64,000 nucleotides of DNA from Eledone cirrhosa. Taxonomy: Eukaryota. The notes beneath the pieces were generated by a model. That model ran no database searches and was not told where the DNA came from. It worked only from the letters and a program-made list of their open reading frames with translations. This document shows, one piece after another, positions 25,491-37,069 of this stretch. Made by a program: the position numbers and the translations under genes. Positions within the stretch are counted from its first letter, which is position 1, and each line of letters begins with the position of its first letter. The DNA is taken from contig OZ024742.1 of the NCBI GenBank assembly GCA_964016885.1, positions 109,988,001 to 110,052,000 of the forward strand, written 5' to 3'.

Positions 25491-27303
25491 TTATTCTTGA
25501 CAATGATTCAACCAAGCCTCGACCCAGTTAGTTTCAGAAAATTTACGCAGATTATCATCTACCGTCGCCTCACAGAGCTCCATCTGAAGACATTCTGGTT
25601 GAACAAGTATGTTGTTCATAGACATTGTGTGAAGAGAATCCACAAAAATTGGGATATTTAAAGCCAAAAGATCTCCGAAACGATTATTGAAGTTTTTGTG
25701 AAGGAAAGATAGATGCTCGATTATAGATTTGTGCACAACACAACAGTTTTTAAGCTCTCGAACTGCGAAAAGTTATGATCTTCAATTTGAATTTTCCATA
25801 AAACGAGCTTTTTCATGAAAGCCCTTATCAAGTTTTTGGCACGTACAACGTTGATGTTCTGCTTTTGCAAAGAAAGGTTGAGATCATTTAGTTTTTGTAA
25901 GATCTCATGTAAGTACAAAATTGCGGGTTTTTTCTCAGAAAGTGATGGTGTCATAATTGGATCAGTCTGTTGAAGAAATTCTATGACTTTATCGAAGACT
26001 GCAACAAAACATCCAAGGCAGCTTCTCATTGATAGCCAGCATATATCTGTCAAATACAACAGACGGTTGAACGTTTCATCTTTACAAGCTTCTCTTGATC
26101 TTGTTGACTGCGGAAACAATTGTGTTAAGGATTTCAGAAAAGGTATAACTTCCGATTTTTTTTGCTATTAAATTTTCTCGGTGGAGTACTCAATGAGTTG
26201 TGAAGATGTGATTAAATTCTCTCCATCTTGCAACAAAAGCCTGGGATTTTCCAACCATAGAGGCTGCTCCATCAGTGCATATTGATATGATGTGGGGATC
26301 AATGTCATTTTTGTGAGAAAATCCATGACTGCATTGTAGATCATCTCTCCAGTGTTTTTCAGTACAGTTGTCATAAAAAGTAGGTTTTCACAAACTGTGG
26401 TCCCTTTTACATAGCGAGCAAAACACATTGGTTGTCAAAAGTGCTGTCATCCACCGTCAACGAAAATCTGCAGTGTCGCAATTCTTCTACAACTGTAGAT
26501 TTGACATCTTCAGCCATTTCAGAAATGCGGGAAGATACCGTGCTGTTGGAAAGTGGAATAGTTGCTAAAACTGAGGCAGCGTTCGACACATTAGCAACTT
26601 CTATATCCTTAAGGGCCTAATCAGGTCTTCGCCAATGGTATGTGGGCGACCCTGTTTTGCTATCATGAGCGAAATGTTGTAGGACGCTTGCAGACCAGAA
26701 CTGTTGTTAGCATGGGATAGGAAAATTTTCAGTGATGCAGATGACGCTTTTTTTTTTGCGAAGATATTCTTAGGCTTGCCATATAAATCGAGATGGACTT
26801 GTTTTTGATGATACAATAATTTTGAAGGTTTCATTGAGTCATTAGTTAATATTTTTGAGCAGATGATACACTATGGTAATGAAGGATCTTCTGCGCTGGA
26901 TAAAAAACCATATCTGATATAATCAGAGGTATAACGTCTACAAAATCGTTTTTCCGATTCAGTGAACGAAGAATTTAGAGAACGTTTTTCCATATCACTG
27001 ACAACAATTAGACTAACACTTGCATAAAAATGTACGTACCTGGAGAGATATGTTATGTTAGGTAAGCCGTAAGAACTGCTGTTTCGCTAGTAATCCTCAA
27101 TTCAAAAGTCAGGTAGAAAAGACGCTATTTGTTGTGCTTTTATGCGCGCTAACGCCTGTACCTGTCTGGTACGCATCCGTGTAGGATTGGATAGCTAATC
27201 GTCCAATAGGAAAGGCGTGCTCTCACAGGTGCGAGGAGGCATGTTTCGTTTGTGTGTACGGAAGAATTTAAATTTTTCAGGTGGTCCACATTGAGAACCC
27301 CTG
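25491..27303 (-). mobile_element. Buster/Charlie-type hAT transposon relic (ZBED8/SCAND3-like transposase pseudogene)
   Basis: TIR CAGGGGTTCTCAA at 27303-27291. ATG at ~26993 begins MEKRS...CRRYTSDYIRYGF...CIICSKILTNDSMKPSKL (BED finger), followed by IAKQGRPHTIGEDLI, IPLSNSTVSSRI, FSLTVDDST and RLLYLTDICWLS. Frameshifted, and the far end is missing. Confidence 0.9.
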
Positions 27304-28057
27304 TTGTAGATTGACATTATCTACTCGAGATGTGCAATTCAGTTTAACAGCCAATATCTACACTTGTTAAGAGACTATAAAATACTGGAAAAATTCCTGA
27401 CAAATACTGCAACAGAAAATTTTAATTTAAATTCGTGCAAAAAGTTATACCCACACCTAAGTAGATAACAGAGCTACAAAGGTCACCACATTTGCTATCT
27501 ATCCAGCTAGGGTTAATTTTCCTACAATGTCTCTAAACCATTTATTTCTAATGAAACATGCTCTATTTCAATTACAGTAATCTAACACATGGTTATTAAA
27601 AATATTAAAGAATTTAAATAAGAACACTGTAGCATTTACATTACTCTATATATACTATTGTATTTTCATGGTAAACACTATCTCACATAATATTGAATGA
27701 GATTTTGATATTTATTGATGAACAGAAAGAGGTGTGAGAGCTCTGGCCAGTTTAAACAAATGTTCTAGTTCACTGAACTAGTTTTGGCCAGGTTGGTATC
27801 AAACTGCCTTTGATTTTATGATACAAATCTAGAGTTTAATTTTATCTGAAAACTTTCCACCAGAAATTCATAAGAACAGCAGCTTGCCATTACAAGTTAT
27901 ATGACTAAATCTCCACAAATTCTTTATTAAAATGATTTAAAAACTAAAGACAGTGCCCTTCATTAAAAATATGGCAACAAAGGAGTTGTTTCAAGATTTA
28001 AAAAAATAAAGCCAAACAAAATCTAGAGTATTATATATTTATTTAATTGTAATTACA

Positions 28058-28138
28058 TTAAGTTCTTGGCCCATTTCTGAAGCCTCCCATCGATGGAATA
28101 GGTTGTGTTACTTGCAGACCCTCCAAATTACCAAAGTC
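28058..28138 (-). CDS. RPS17: 40S ribosomal protein S17 (eS17), exon 5 (DFGNLEGLQVTQPIPSMGGFRNGPRT*)
   Basis: tag| acceptor, phase 0, TAA at 28060-28058 and AATAAA at 28043-28038. Confidence 0.93.
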   Translation of the reverse strand, partial: DFGNLEGLQVTQPIPSMGGFRNGPRT

Positions 28139-28799
28139 CTACAAGGAGAAAGAAAACCATTAGTTAATGCTATAACAGAATTTATTGAAAACAGAAAAAA
28201 GCTAGATAAAAAAAAATAAATAAAAAATTCTCAACTCCCAACATTTATTATAATTTGACCAAGTATACACAGCCACATATCAATTATTGTGCCTCTCCAA
28301 CACTTTCAAAAATATTTACAGCTACTAAAATCATGTTCCCAATATATGTATGAACATGGAGTGTGACATGAAGCACGTGATTTTAAAACCAGACAGAATG
28401 CACCCACATGTCTAGGTCTGAACAAACAGAGATATAAGAAACAATTCCAGTACTAGAAGCAATTTCGTTTTAGCAACTATGAAAAGCAAAGCTGATCCTG
28501 GTGGATTTTGAATTCAATGTGGAATGCCAGAATGAATACCACAAAGCATCCTATCCAGCTGAGAACAGGTTTGTTGGATACCTAACAAAACTTATAGGAC
28601 CCCCCCCCCCCCTTCATATTTTCAACAAATCTGACCTCCAAATCCATTTAAAAAAAAGAAAACGGAGAGGACACCCAATAATTTAAAGCAAACCCAACAA
28701 ATTGGTGCAGCAGATTTTCTTCATTTCCCTTGAAGACCTAAATATATGCCAGATACCGAGTATATATTTTGACCGAATACCCAACCCTCGTACCAACTG

Positions 28800-28963
28800 T
28801 TAACCCTTTAGCATTTAAACTGGCTGCTCATACTGACATTAAGACATTGTTCTCCATATAAATATCAAAACCCGAAGATTCAATATTCATTATCATGTGA
28901 GATAAAGCCTTTACTGCAAAAATACAACAGTAAATACAGAGTAATGTAAATGCTAAAGGTTTA
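28800..28963. mobile_element. TTAA-type MITE in RPS17 intron 4
   Basis: ttaaccctttagcattta ... taaatgctaaaggtttaa; same family as 5100-5309. Confidence 0.65.
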
Positions 28964-29625
28964 AATCTCTCCAAAATCTTTTCACACCAACATAATTTTC
29001 AGAGTGGTCAACACAGGACTATAAATAGAGCCAGCTTTATTATATATTTGAATGAGAGGAACAAGTGTGGCTTTGATCTAACATTTGTTGTGAGGCATGG
29101 AGTATACAGATATATATATAAACCCCAACAGTATTAAAAGCAAGAAGAATTACTAAAGAAAACCCAGGTAATGAAAAACGAAGACGCGTAACAAAATTTG
29201 CCCTAAAATAAAAAAAAATAAAAAAAGACCCATCCCCAATGGATTTGACAGCAAGATTCATTGAAAAAATCTTGCGAAATGGACGGTGTTTTGTAAATCT
29301 ATTCAAAATATTGGACCTCTATTGGCTCAATGTTGAGCATTCCAGTTATTTGATCAACTCTAGCTAGCTTGGAAATTAACGCGCCAGTAACTGCACACTC
29401 ACAAGTGTAACTATAAAACTGACTAAGCCGGCCATTTGAAATACAGACAGAATCCAATCTTCCAAACAGTTTCTGTCTCCTCAATTTCACACAGAAGGCT
29501 TGTGTTGACCTGAGACAGACCAACATGCTGGCTACTGCACTATAACACTTTGCCCAAGATGTCAAAGGTGTGGAGCTGAAGCTGCAAGAAGACTTTAGAT
29601 TAGATAATAGTTATTTGAAACTCAC

Positions 29626-29694
29626 CAAAGCTTTTAACATTTCCTTTGTATCAGGATCAACTTCAATTATTCCATTCTGTTCAATAGCTGAGAC
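29626..29694 (-). CDS. RPS17: RPS17 exon 4 (VSAIEQNGIIEVDPDTKEMLKAL)
   Basis: AG/GT-flanked 69-nt exon with the conserved IIEVDPDTKEML motif. Confidence 0.96.
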
Positions 29695-30288
29695 CTAGTT
29701 TTAAAAATGAAATGAAAATATACATACTACTATTCTGTTCAACAAATAAGACAGTTGAGAAAAACAAAAACAACAGTTAACGATGCAGTAATAAAATTCC
29801 ATGAAAAACATCTGTAACCTTTATGTTACCATATTTCTAACAATTATTCTTAATATTTTGTACCACATAAAAGATTGAAGTCTTGTTTACTGCAAATTCT
29901 TACAATTTGTCCACTAAGATACTGTAAATAACAAAACCACTTTTAAATTTTTCTGCCAAATCACTGCAAGATGTTAAAAGTTGTTAATGAAGAATTTGAA
30001 GAGATTTACTAAAATTATTTAATTATTAAGATAGTATTTGTAACATGTCATAAGGTTAGGTTTCAATTACAAACCTTTAAAAAGGGTGGTTTCGTTTCAT
30101 AATAGAGACGGTTTGGCACAGGTTGAAAGACTGCCAGTGATTTCCAAATAATCAAGAATTTTGAGGGATTTAGTAACATAACTTTCACATTATCAAGCCG
30201 GTGAATTGAGATTTTTTAAAAACAAATCAAAACAGTTCTGTATCATAGAACTAGGGCTGGTTTAGTATGAAAAAGGCTGAATAATTCA

Positions 30289-30408
<120 letters not shown>

Positions 30409-31214
30409 TCAACCATAAGTTATATATTACACCAAATTTACGCTAAGGTTTCCCTTTTAATTGCTATTTTCTATCCATTGAAACCACCAGCAACCCCCAA
30501 AACTACGTTGTAATTAAAGTTTCTGTAACTTCACAAACAACGCCGCTAATTAGTAGAAATGTGATAATTATTGCAGGTGTTAACAGCCCTAAATCTTATC
30601 TTCATAAGATATTAAGAAACAGCCTTGCACTTATGTAAACACCCATCAAGTTCTAGTTAGGGACCTACGGACCAAAGACAGTTTTATAGTTAATTCATTA
30701 AGATACTGATAGGAAAATCCAAGGTACTAATTAGTTTAAAACCCCAATCCAAATATTTTGTAATAACTTCTATTAACCACCAAAATAAAAGAGAAAAATA
30801 GTGACGGACGGTATGAAGTAGCGAGTAAAAGTTTATTCTCATCATTAACAGAATTCATGTGGAACAATATATAAACCCATGAATAATGTAGCCTTGCAAG
30901 CAGGGAAAAGCGGACGTAAAATGATGATGAAAGTCCAATGTTGTACACTGGAGATCCGTCAATGTGTTCCTAGCTTTTTAATTAACGCTCGCAGCACAAA
31001 ATTGCCCCATGAATTACAGATACAACCCATTTTTAATAGCGGAGTGGACTTGAACAACATGAATTAGTGTATTTTCCAAGATAAACAACGCACCGTCAAG
31101 TATCGAACTTACGACCATGTGCGGAACATTATATAAGGCACAACCATCATCATCATCATCATCATCATTTTACGTCTGCTTTTCCCTGCTTGCAAGGGTG
31201 GGACATTCACTATT

Positions 31215-31320
31215 CACTTCCCTGACACTTGTATATTATTCTATGTACTAAATACGCACCTTTGATGAGTTGTAGTGCACCTGAGCACTGTACACAATAA
31301 TTTCATTATTATTATAATTA
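31215..31320 (+). mobile_element. Short 3'-end fragment of the CR1-like LINE
   Basis: Matches 36143-36233 (gagttgtagtgcacctgagcact...cacaataatttcatt) and has an (ATT)n tail. Confidence 0.8.
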
Positions 31321-31766
31321 TAAACGAGTAGGTCAAGATTAAAAAAGACTTGTACATATGTATATATTTCCCTCTCGATATATATACCACTATTTGAGAT
31401 TAGTACGCCATACTTTAAATAAATAGTAGGGAAAGACAGAAACTCTATGTATTGTTTATACATACATATCACAAGAGTTTAGCGTAAGGGTGTTAAACAA
31501 ATTCCTTGAGTCAATATTCAGATATAGACATGAATTAATAATGTAGCAAGGTTTTTCAACATTTTTATTTTACACTTGTTTTTCCGCTTATTCTTGTAGA
31601 GATGGCGTGTTAGAAACTCTTGCCAAAAGTTGAAACAATTATTAATAATATACGAACTCAGATACAAATAATAGAAACTAGAAAGTGGTTATTAAAATCA
31701 TTTAACATACAATTCTAGTAATTTTTGGCTCATTTCAAAATAATTTTTGTTAAATGTTAAACTCAC

Positions 31767-31918
31767 CCAGCAATTTTGTTGCGAAGGGTCTTGCTAGGTA
31801 TAATTGCAATTTCGTCACAAATCTTTTTGTTTGTATGAAAATCTAGCGTCATCCGAGTGTAATATTTCTCGATAATTACACGTGCGGCTTTTTTCACGGT
31901 CTTGGTTCGTACAGCACC
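31767..31918 (-). CDS. RPS17: RPS17 exon 2 ([51 protein letters not shown])
   Basis: 152-nt exon with cag| acceptor and |gtgagt donor. Confidence 0.98.
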
Positions 31919-32107
31919 CTGAAAGATAGGAAACACATTTGTTGATATATTTGTTACAATTATTATAGTGATAGACTTGAATATGATAAAATTAACATAT
32001 ACATTAAATAGAGCAATTAATAAGCTTCATTTTAAGAACATCGATGGAAGAAGTAACATTATCAATAATATAGGTATTAAGCGATTTTATTTTAGAGTAG
32101 TACTTAC

Positions 32108-32110
32108 CAT
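32108..32110 (-). CDS. RPS17: RPS17 exon 1 coding part (ATG only)
   Basis: aatcATG|gtaagt. An ATG-only first coding exon is typical of RP genes, and it completes a 411-nt CDS. Confidence 0.9.
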
Positions 32111-32134
32111 GATTGCCTATTGCTCAGGAAATAT

Positions 32135-32230
32135 GGAAAGGCCGGATGTAAGTTTTATTACCCAGAATTCGATTGTTTAAATCAAGGGGAAGTAATTATT
32201 ACAACATCCGACAATTAAATCCGGAAGCAG
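32135..32230 (-). promoter_or_regulatory. RPS17 core promoter: polypyrimidine TCT/5'TOP-like initiator with ETS-like sites
   Basis: Minus strand reads ggCCTTTCCatatttcctgag about 30 nt before the ATG. ccggatgt (32142) and ccggaagc (32221) are ETS/GABP-like motifs. Confidence 0.65.
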
Positions 32231-33066
32231 CATGGTTGGTAACAGTATATTTACGAGATTTGTTTACTACTTAATTTAGAACTGTGTAGATAAACGACGT
32301 TAAAACTATATTTATACGCTTTCATTTCACTATATAAAATATTTCAATGCAATGCCTAAGTTACCAGATATAAAGTCACATTTGGTAACACAAAAGTTAT
32401 TGACATCTTACCTACGTACAACGTTTATTACAACACTAAAAAAATGTTTTGCATATAAATTTTAAACTTTTTATGGAAATTATTATTCACACTTAAACTA
32501 ACGGGGTCGATAAAATAAAGCACCAGCAACGCAGTGGAGTCGATGTAATCGACTTTCCGTTTCCCTTCAAATTGCTGGCCTTGTGCGAAATGTAGAAACA
32601 ATTATACTTATTGTTAGTGTGGGATAAAATACTTTGCGGCATTTAGCTGAGTTAAAATTCCTCTTTCCAATCGATTTATCATAAATCATTTATTATTTTG
32701 TGGAGTTTCAAGTCATTATGTCTAAACGTTTCTGTCGCAAAACAAGACAGTTAAACAACTTGAACGCAGGGGCCTGAACATTTAATGGGGAGTTTTGTGT
32801 GTTATTTATGGTTGCAAAAAAAAAAAAAAATTGGGGTCTCCTGGCTATATAGCCTAATTAGCTTAATCTGCTACTAGAATGTACGGGTTTCTGTAAACAA
32901 GTTTGTCTCCTTGTCAGAAGGGGCTTTGCTTTCGTTTAGATATGTGAAGACTTGTTATCAGTCCGTAAATATGTTCTTGCGAAAATCAGGTCAACAACAG
33001 ATGTTAAAACTCTACTTGTCCAAAGTTCATTAAGCTGTTTATTTGTTTTGTGTGAAAAATTTCACC

Positions 33067-33075
33067 ATGTACAGG
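33067..33075 (+). CDS. AMACR: Candidate AMACR start exon (MYR)
   Basis: ttcaccATGTACAGG|gtaaga has a good Kozak context, a strong donor, an upstream in-frame TAA and a phase 0 fit to the 40349 exon. Confidence 0.55.
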
Positions 33076-34264
33076 GTAAGAAAATATATCTATACACTTC
33101 GTCTTTACATAACGATATATATATATATATATATATATAAGGCTATTTCTTGAGTATTTGTTGTTATTTCCTGTCCGAACTCCCACCCGTTGTTTATGCC
33201 TTCTGTTCAAAACCCTTTCAATATCGAATTAATTGTCACTCTGAAACAATGAATTAATTTCGTTTATAATGAATGGTAATCGACTCGTGATTCTTTCGCG
33301 CTACTATAACTTCAACAAATCCCATTTATAAAAGATTTTAGCAATTGACTTTTTAGCTGGAGAACGGAGGGTGTGGCCTCCTAGGAGTTTCTCAACATTT
33401 TTTTTTTTTCGCATGCTATCATCTAATATGACCTCCAAACCAGTCGGAAACGACTAGATTTGTCAGTTTAAGAGGCCCAGAAAAAAATCGGGAAAAGATA
33501 ATTATTTCCAACTAAATGCGAGGGTCCTTCCACCCACCCTTTTCTACAAATCTAGTCATTTCCAACTGGTTTCGAGATCCTATGCGTAACAATAACGAAA
33601 CCCATAATAGTTATTAATATCAAGACGACAAACAACAGTTTGCGGCAGTGTTGTTACGTGGTCTCTCTCTCACATCATCAGTAATAATCGTTTCTACTTT
33701 TGGCACAAGGCCAGCAATTATTTCAGTGCATTATTGGTACTTTATTTTATCGACCCCGTAATGATGAAAGTTAACCTCGGCAGGATTTGAACTCAGAACG
33801 TAAAGGGTCGTAACTCTGCTGCAAAGTATGACGCACTAGAGATGACCGAGGAAGGAAGGGGTGATGGCAAACTCCAGAAAATAGCGTCTGTGTGTGTATG
33901 TATAGCGAATTGGCTACACACATTGTGAGCCTCGCCATCACCCGAGGCAACGCTGCTAGTGTGCTGACTTGCCTCAAAAATCATTAGAGAGGTTGCCCGG
34001 TACTCCTCGCGACGCTGCTGGTGTGGGCTCGGTTGTTCACCCCTTCCTTTACATTTTCTTTAATATTACAACAATAAAAGAATATATCCTTCTGAAAGAA
34101 TTGCGAGCAATTTATAATGTTATCTAAGCATTTGTAATGTTATTTATGTATATATTTAAAACATATTTGTTATGTTATTCTACACACATTGTTATGTGAG
34201 TGTATATGTGTTTGTGTAAATTATATTTAAATATATTTGTGTGTGTTTATTTAGAAATATACTT

Positions 34265-36233
34265 AGACAAACTTCTACTGAGTACAAACTTCACAAATCA
34301 GACATTAATAGGAAGAGGCGAAATAGATCGTCCAACCACCTCAAACAGGTGACAAAAAAGGCAGTGCTTCAATTTGAGCAGCGCATAGCAACCAGCCCTG
34401 ACAGTAAGGTGTTCTGGAAGTATGTTCACTGAAAGCAGAGGCCTCACTCTCCAGTTGGTCCTCTTCGCAATCCCCACACAAGCCAGGTTACTGACGACCC
34501 CAAGGAATGCGCAGAGCTCATTGCTGAATGCTATGCAGGCATTTTCACCACTGAAGACCAGAGTGTACCATATCCACCACCTATGACACCGGACTCTATT
34601 ACAACCATGGAATTTACACCTGCAATGCTGCGACGTCACCTAAAAAATAAACGCAACCATGCCTCTCCTGGTCTTGATGGTGTTACGTACCTGCTTCTTA
34701 AACGTGGTGGGTACTTCCTTCTACACCAGTTATCACGCTTCTTCCAATTCTGTCTGAACAACAGTGCTACTCCAGAACAGTGGAAAACTGCCAGTGTCAT
34801 TCCTCTGTTCAAAAAGGGTGACCGCACATCACCTGTGAACTATCGTCCAGTCAGTCTTACTAGTTGCATCGCCAAACTGATGGAATCCTGTGTCAGAGAA
34901 ACACTTTGGAACTTCTGGAGCTCTCACAGTCTTATCCGGCCCTCACAATTTGGATTTATCCCCAACTCCAGCTGCTGTGATCAACTTATAGAGTTTCTTG
35001 AGGACATCACCCGGATCACTGATGGCGGCTCATGGGTGGATGTTGTTTACCTTGACTTTGCGAAGGCCTTCAATTCTGTGCCACACAAAAGGCTTATGGC
35101 AAAACTCTCTGCAATGGGTGTGAAGGATGATCTTTTTAACTGGTTGAAGTTCTTCATTCTCAGTCAAAGAGAGGTAGTCACGGTTCTGGGACAGCATTCC
35201 TCACCATATGAGATGTCATCTGGTGTACCTCAGGGATCTGTTCTTGGCCCCCTTTTGTTTGTGGCATATATTAATGACATAGATGCCAACTTAAGGAATG
35301 CCACAGTACTAAAGTACGCAGACGACATCAAGCTGTACCTTGAGATAAAAAGGACAGATCCTGAACACTATAGATCTTGCTTGCAGTCTGACCTGGACAC
35401 AATGCAACAGTGGATCTCAGACTGACAACTCAAGCTAGCTGTGGACAAGTGCACCACCATGCATTTTGGGAGTAAAAACCCAGCGTCCACATACTCCCTC
35501 CACAGCACTAATATCAAGAAGTCTTCCTGTGAACGTGACCTGGGCATTACGGTCAGCAGCGATTTGCGTTGGACGAGGCACGTCTCTAAAATTGTCAAGA
35601 GGGCCGAGGGTGTTTTAGCATCACTCAGCAAGACCTTTGTCAGCCGCTCTCCAGATATCTATTTAAGGCTGTATACAGCTATGGTGCGACCACACTTGGA
35701 ATTTGCATCACCAGTCTGGAACCCCTATCTTGCTCAGGACATTGACCGCCTGGAAACTGTTCAGGGACGTGCAACCAAGCGAATACCCTCCATCAGGTAT
35801 CTACCATACTCTGAGCGCCTTGCTTCCCTGGGCATGGATTCATTGAAGCTCCGACGCCTGACAACTGACTTGGTAAACACCCACAAAATTGTTAGCCATG
35901 TTGCCAACAACAACCCTGAGTACCTTTTCGATTTCCATGTGTCTAATACACGTGGACATGCCCACAAAGTAAGAAAACAGCACAGTTCCCATGACTTTCG
36001 GAAACATTTTTTCACGCTCAGAGTTGCTGAAGCATGGAACAAACTACCTGCATCAGTTGTTAGCTGTCGAGACACTGCATCCTTTAAGGCCTCCATGCTT
36101 CCCGAGATCCGCCAACAGAACAGCTAACACATACACACATGTACTTCCCTGACATTTGTGTATTATTCTATGTACTATATTGACGAGTTGTAGTGCACCT
36201 GAGCACTTTACACAATAATTTCATCATCATTAT
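34265..36233 (+). mobile_element. 5'-truncated, young CR1-clade LINE (RT and C-terminal region)
   Basis: One reading frame 34241-36127 broken only by TGA at 34430 and 35423. Motifs NYRPVSLTS, VYLDFAKAF, GVPQGSVLGP, YADD, ERDLGI, VRPHLEFASPVWNP and FFTLRV..WN.LP; short 3' repeat tail. Confidence 0.93.
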
Positions 36234-36629
36234 ACAATAGAATTACAAACACACAGGAATCTACACACATATGTATATATATAGACACACTTAGAAAAAA
36301 TAATTATTACATACACATCTATGTGATGACTGAGGAAGGAGGGGGTGGGAAACTAGTAGTCCAGCGTTCTAAGATTCGTTACAGCTGTGTGTTTGTATCA
36401 CTTGTGTAAATGAGCGCAAAGGAACCAACCAACATCTCTTTTTTATATTATGTATACACCTTACAATTAGCTGTCTTTTATGACGGTATGGGACCAGCAA
36501 GTATGTATAGAGATATTAATACATGTAACCACTTTCTTTAAAGTATGGCATACTAAGTTGAATAATTGTCTTACTAATGTTTAATTATTGACTTCCTATC
36601 CACACATACACACACATTATGCAGGTAAA

Positions 36630-36905
36630 GCGACTGCCCTTTATGTACTGAGTTCAAATCCTGCTGAGGTTAGCTTTGCTTTTCATCCTTATGGGGTCAA
36701 TAAAATAAAGCACCAGTAAGCATTGGGGTCGATTTAATCGACTTTCCCCTTCCCTTCAAATTGCTGGCCTTGTGCCTAAAGTAGAAACAATTATTCGCTG
36801 AGGTTGGCTTTGCCTTTCATCTTTACGGGGTCGATAAAATAAAAGCATCAGTAATACACTGAGGTAATGCTGGCCTTGTGCCAAAAGTAGAATCAATTAT
36901 TATTA
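36630..36905 (+). mobile_element. tRNA-derived SINE fragments (partial tandem)
   Basis: gagttcaaatcc B box, gctttcatccttacggggtcgataaaataaa-type central domain and gctggccttgtgcc..agtagaaacaattatt tail. Further copies lie near 16060-16230, 17100-17530, 32500-32610 and 33690-33835. Confidence 0.8.
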
Positions 36906-37069
36906 TAGGGATTCTTTGCCACACGGCTAAATTTGTACCAGGTTGATGGCATTTATTATCAAAATGTATAAGCTTAGCTATCACGCAAAGGGTCTCTGTT
37001 TTCTTTAAGTATAGAGTACTGAGTTAAATAATTGTCTCACTGGTCTTGTTACAGAAAGTGTTATTGTAC

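Noticed and set aside
25491-26993. Domesticated ZBED8/SCAND3-like host gene
   Set aside because: Multiple stops and frameshifts and a retained TIR indicate a decayed transposon.
32718-32750. MSKRFCRKTRQ as a mitochondrial presequence exon for AMACR
   Set aside because: It would need a very weak donor (ca|gttaaa). The 33067 candidate has much better signals.
35423-35425. In-frame TGA codons in the CR1 ORF as possible selenocysteine or readthrough
   Set aside because: Simply explained by TGG/CGA to TGA transitions in a dead, 5'-truncated copy.
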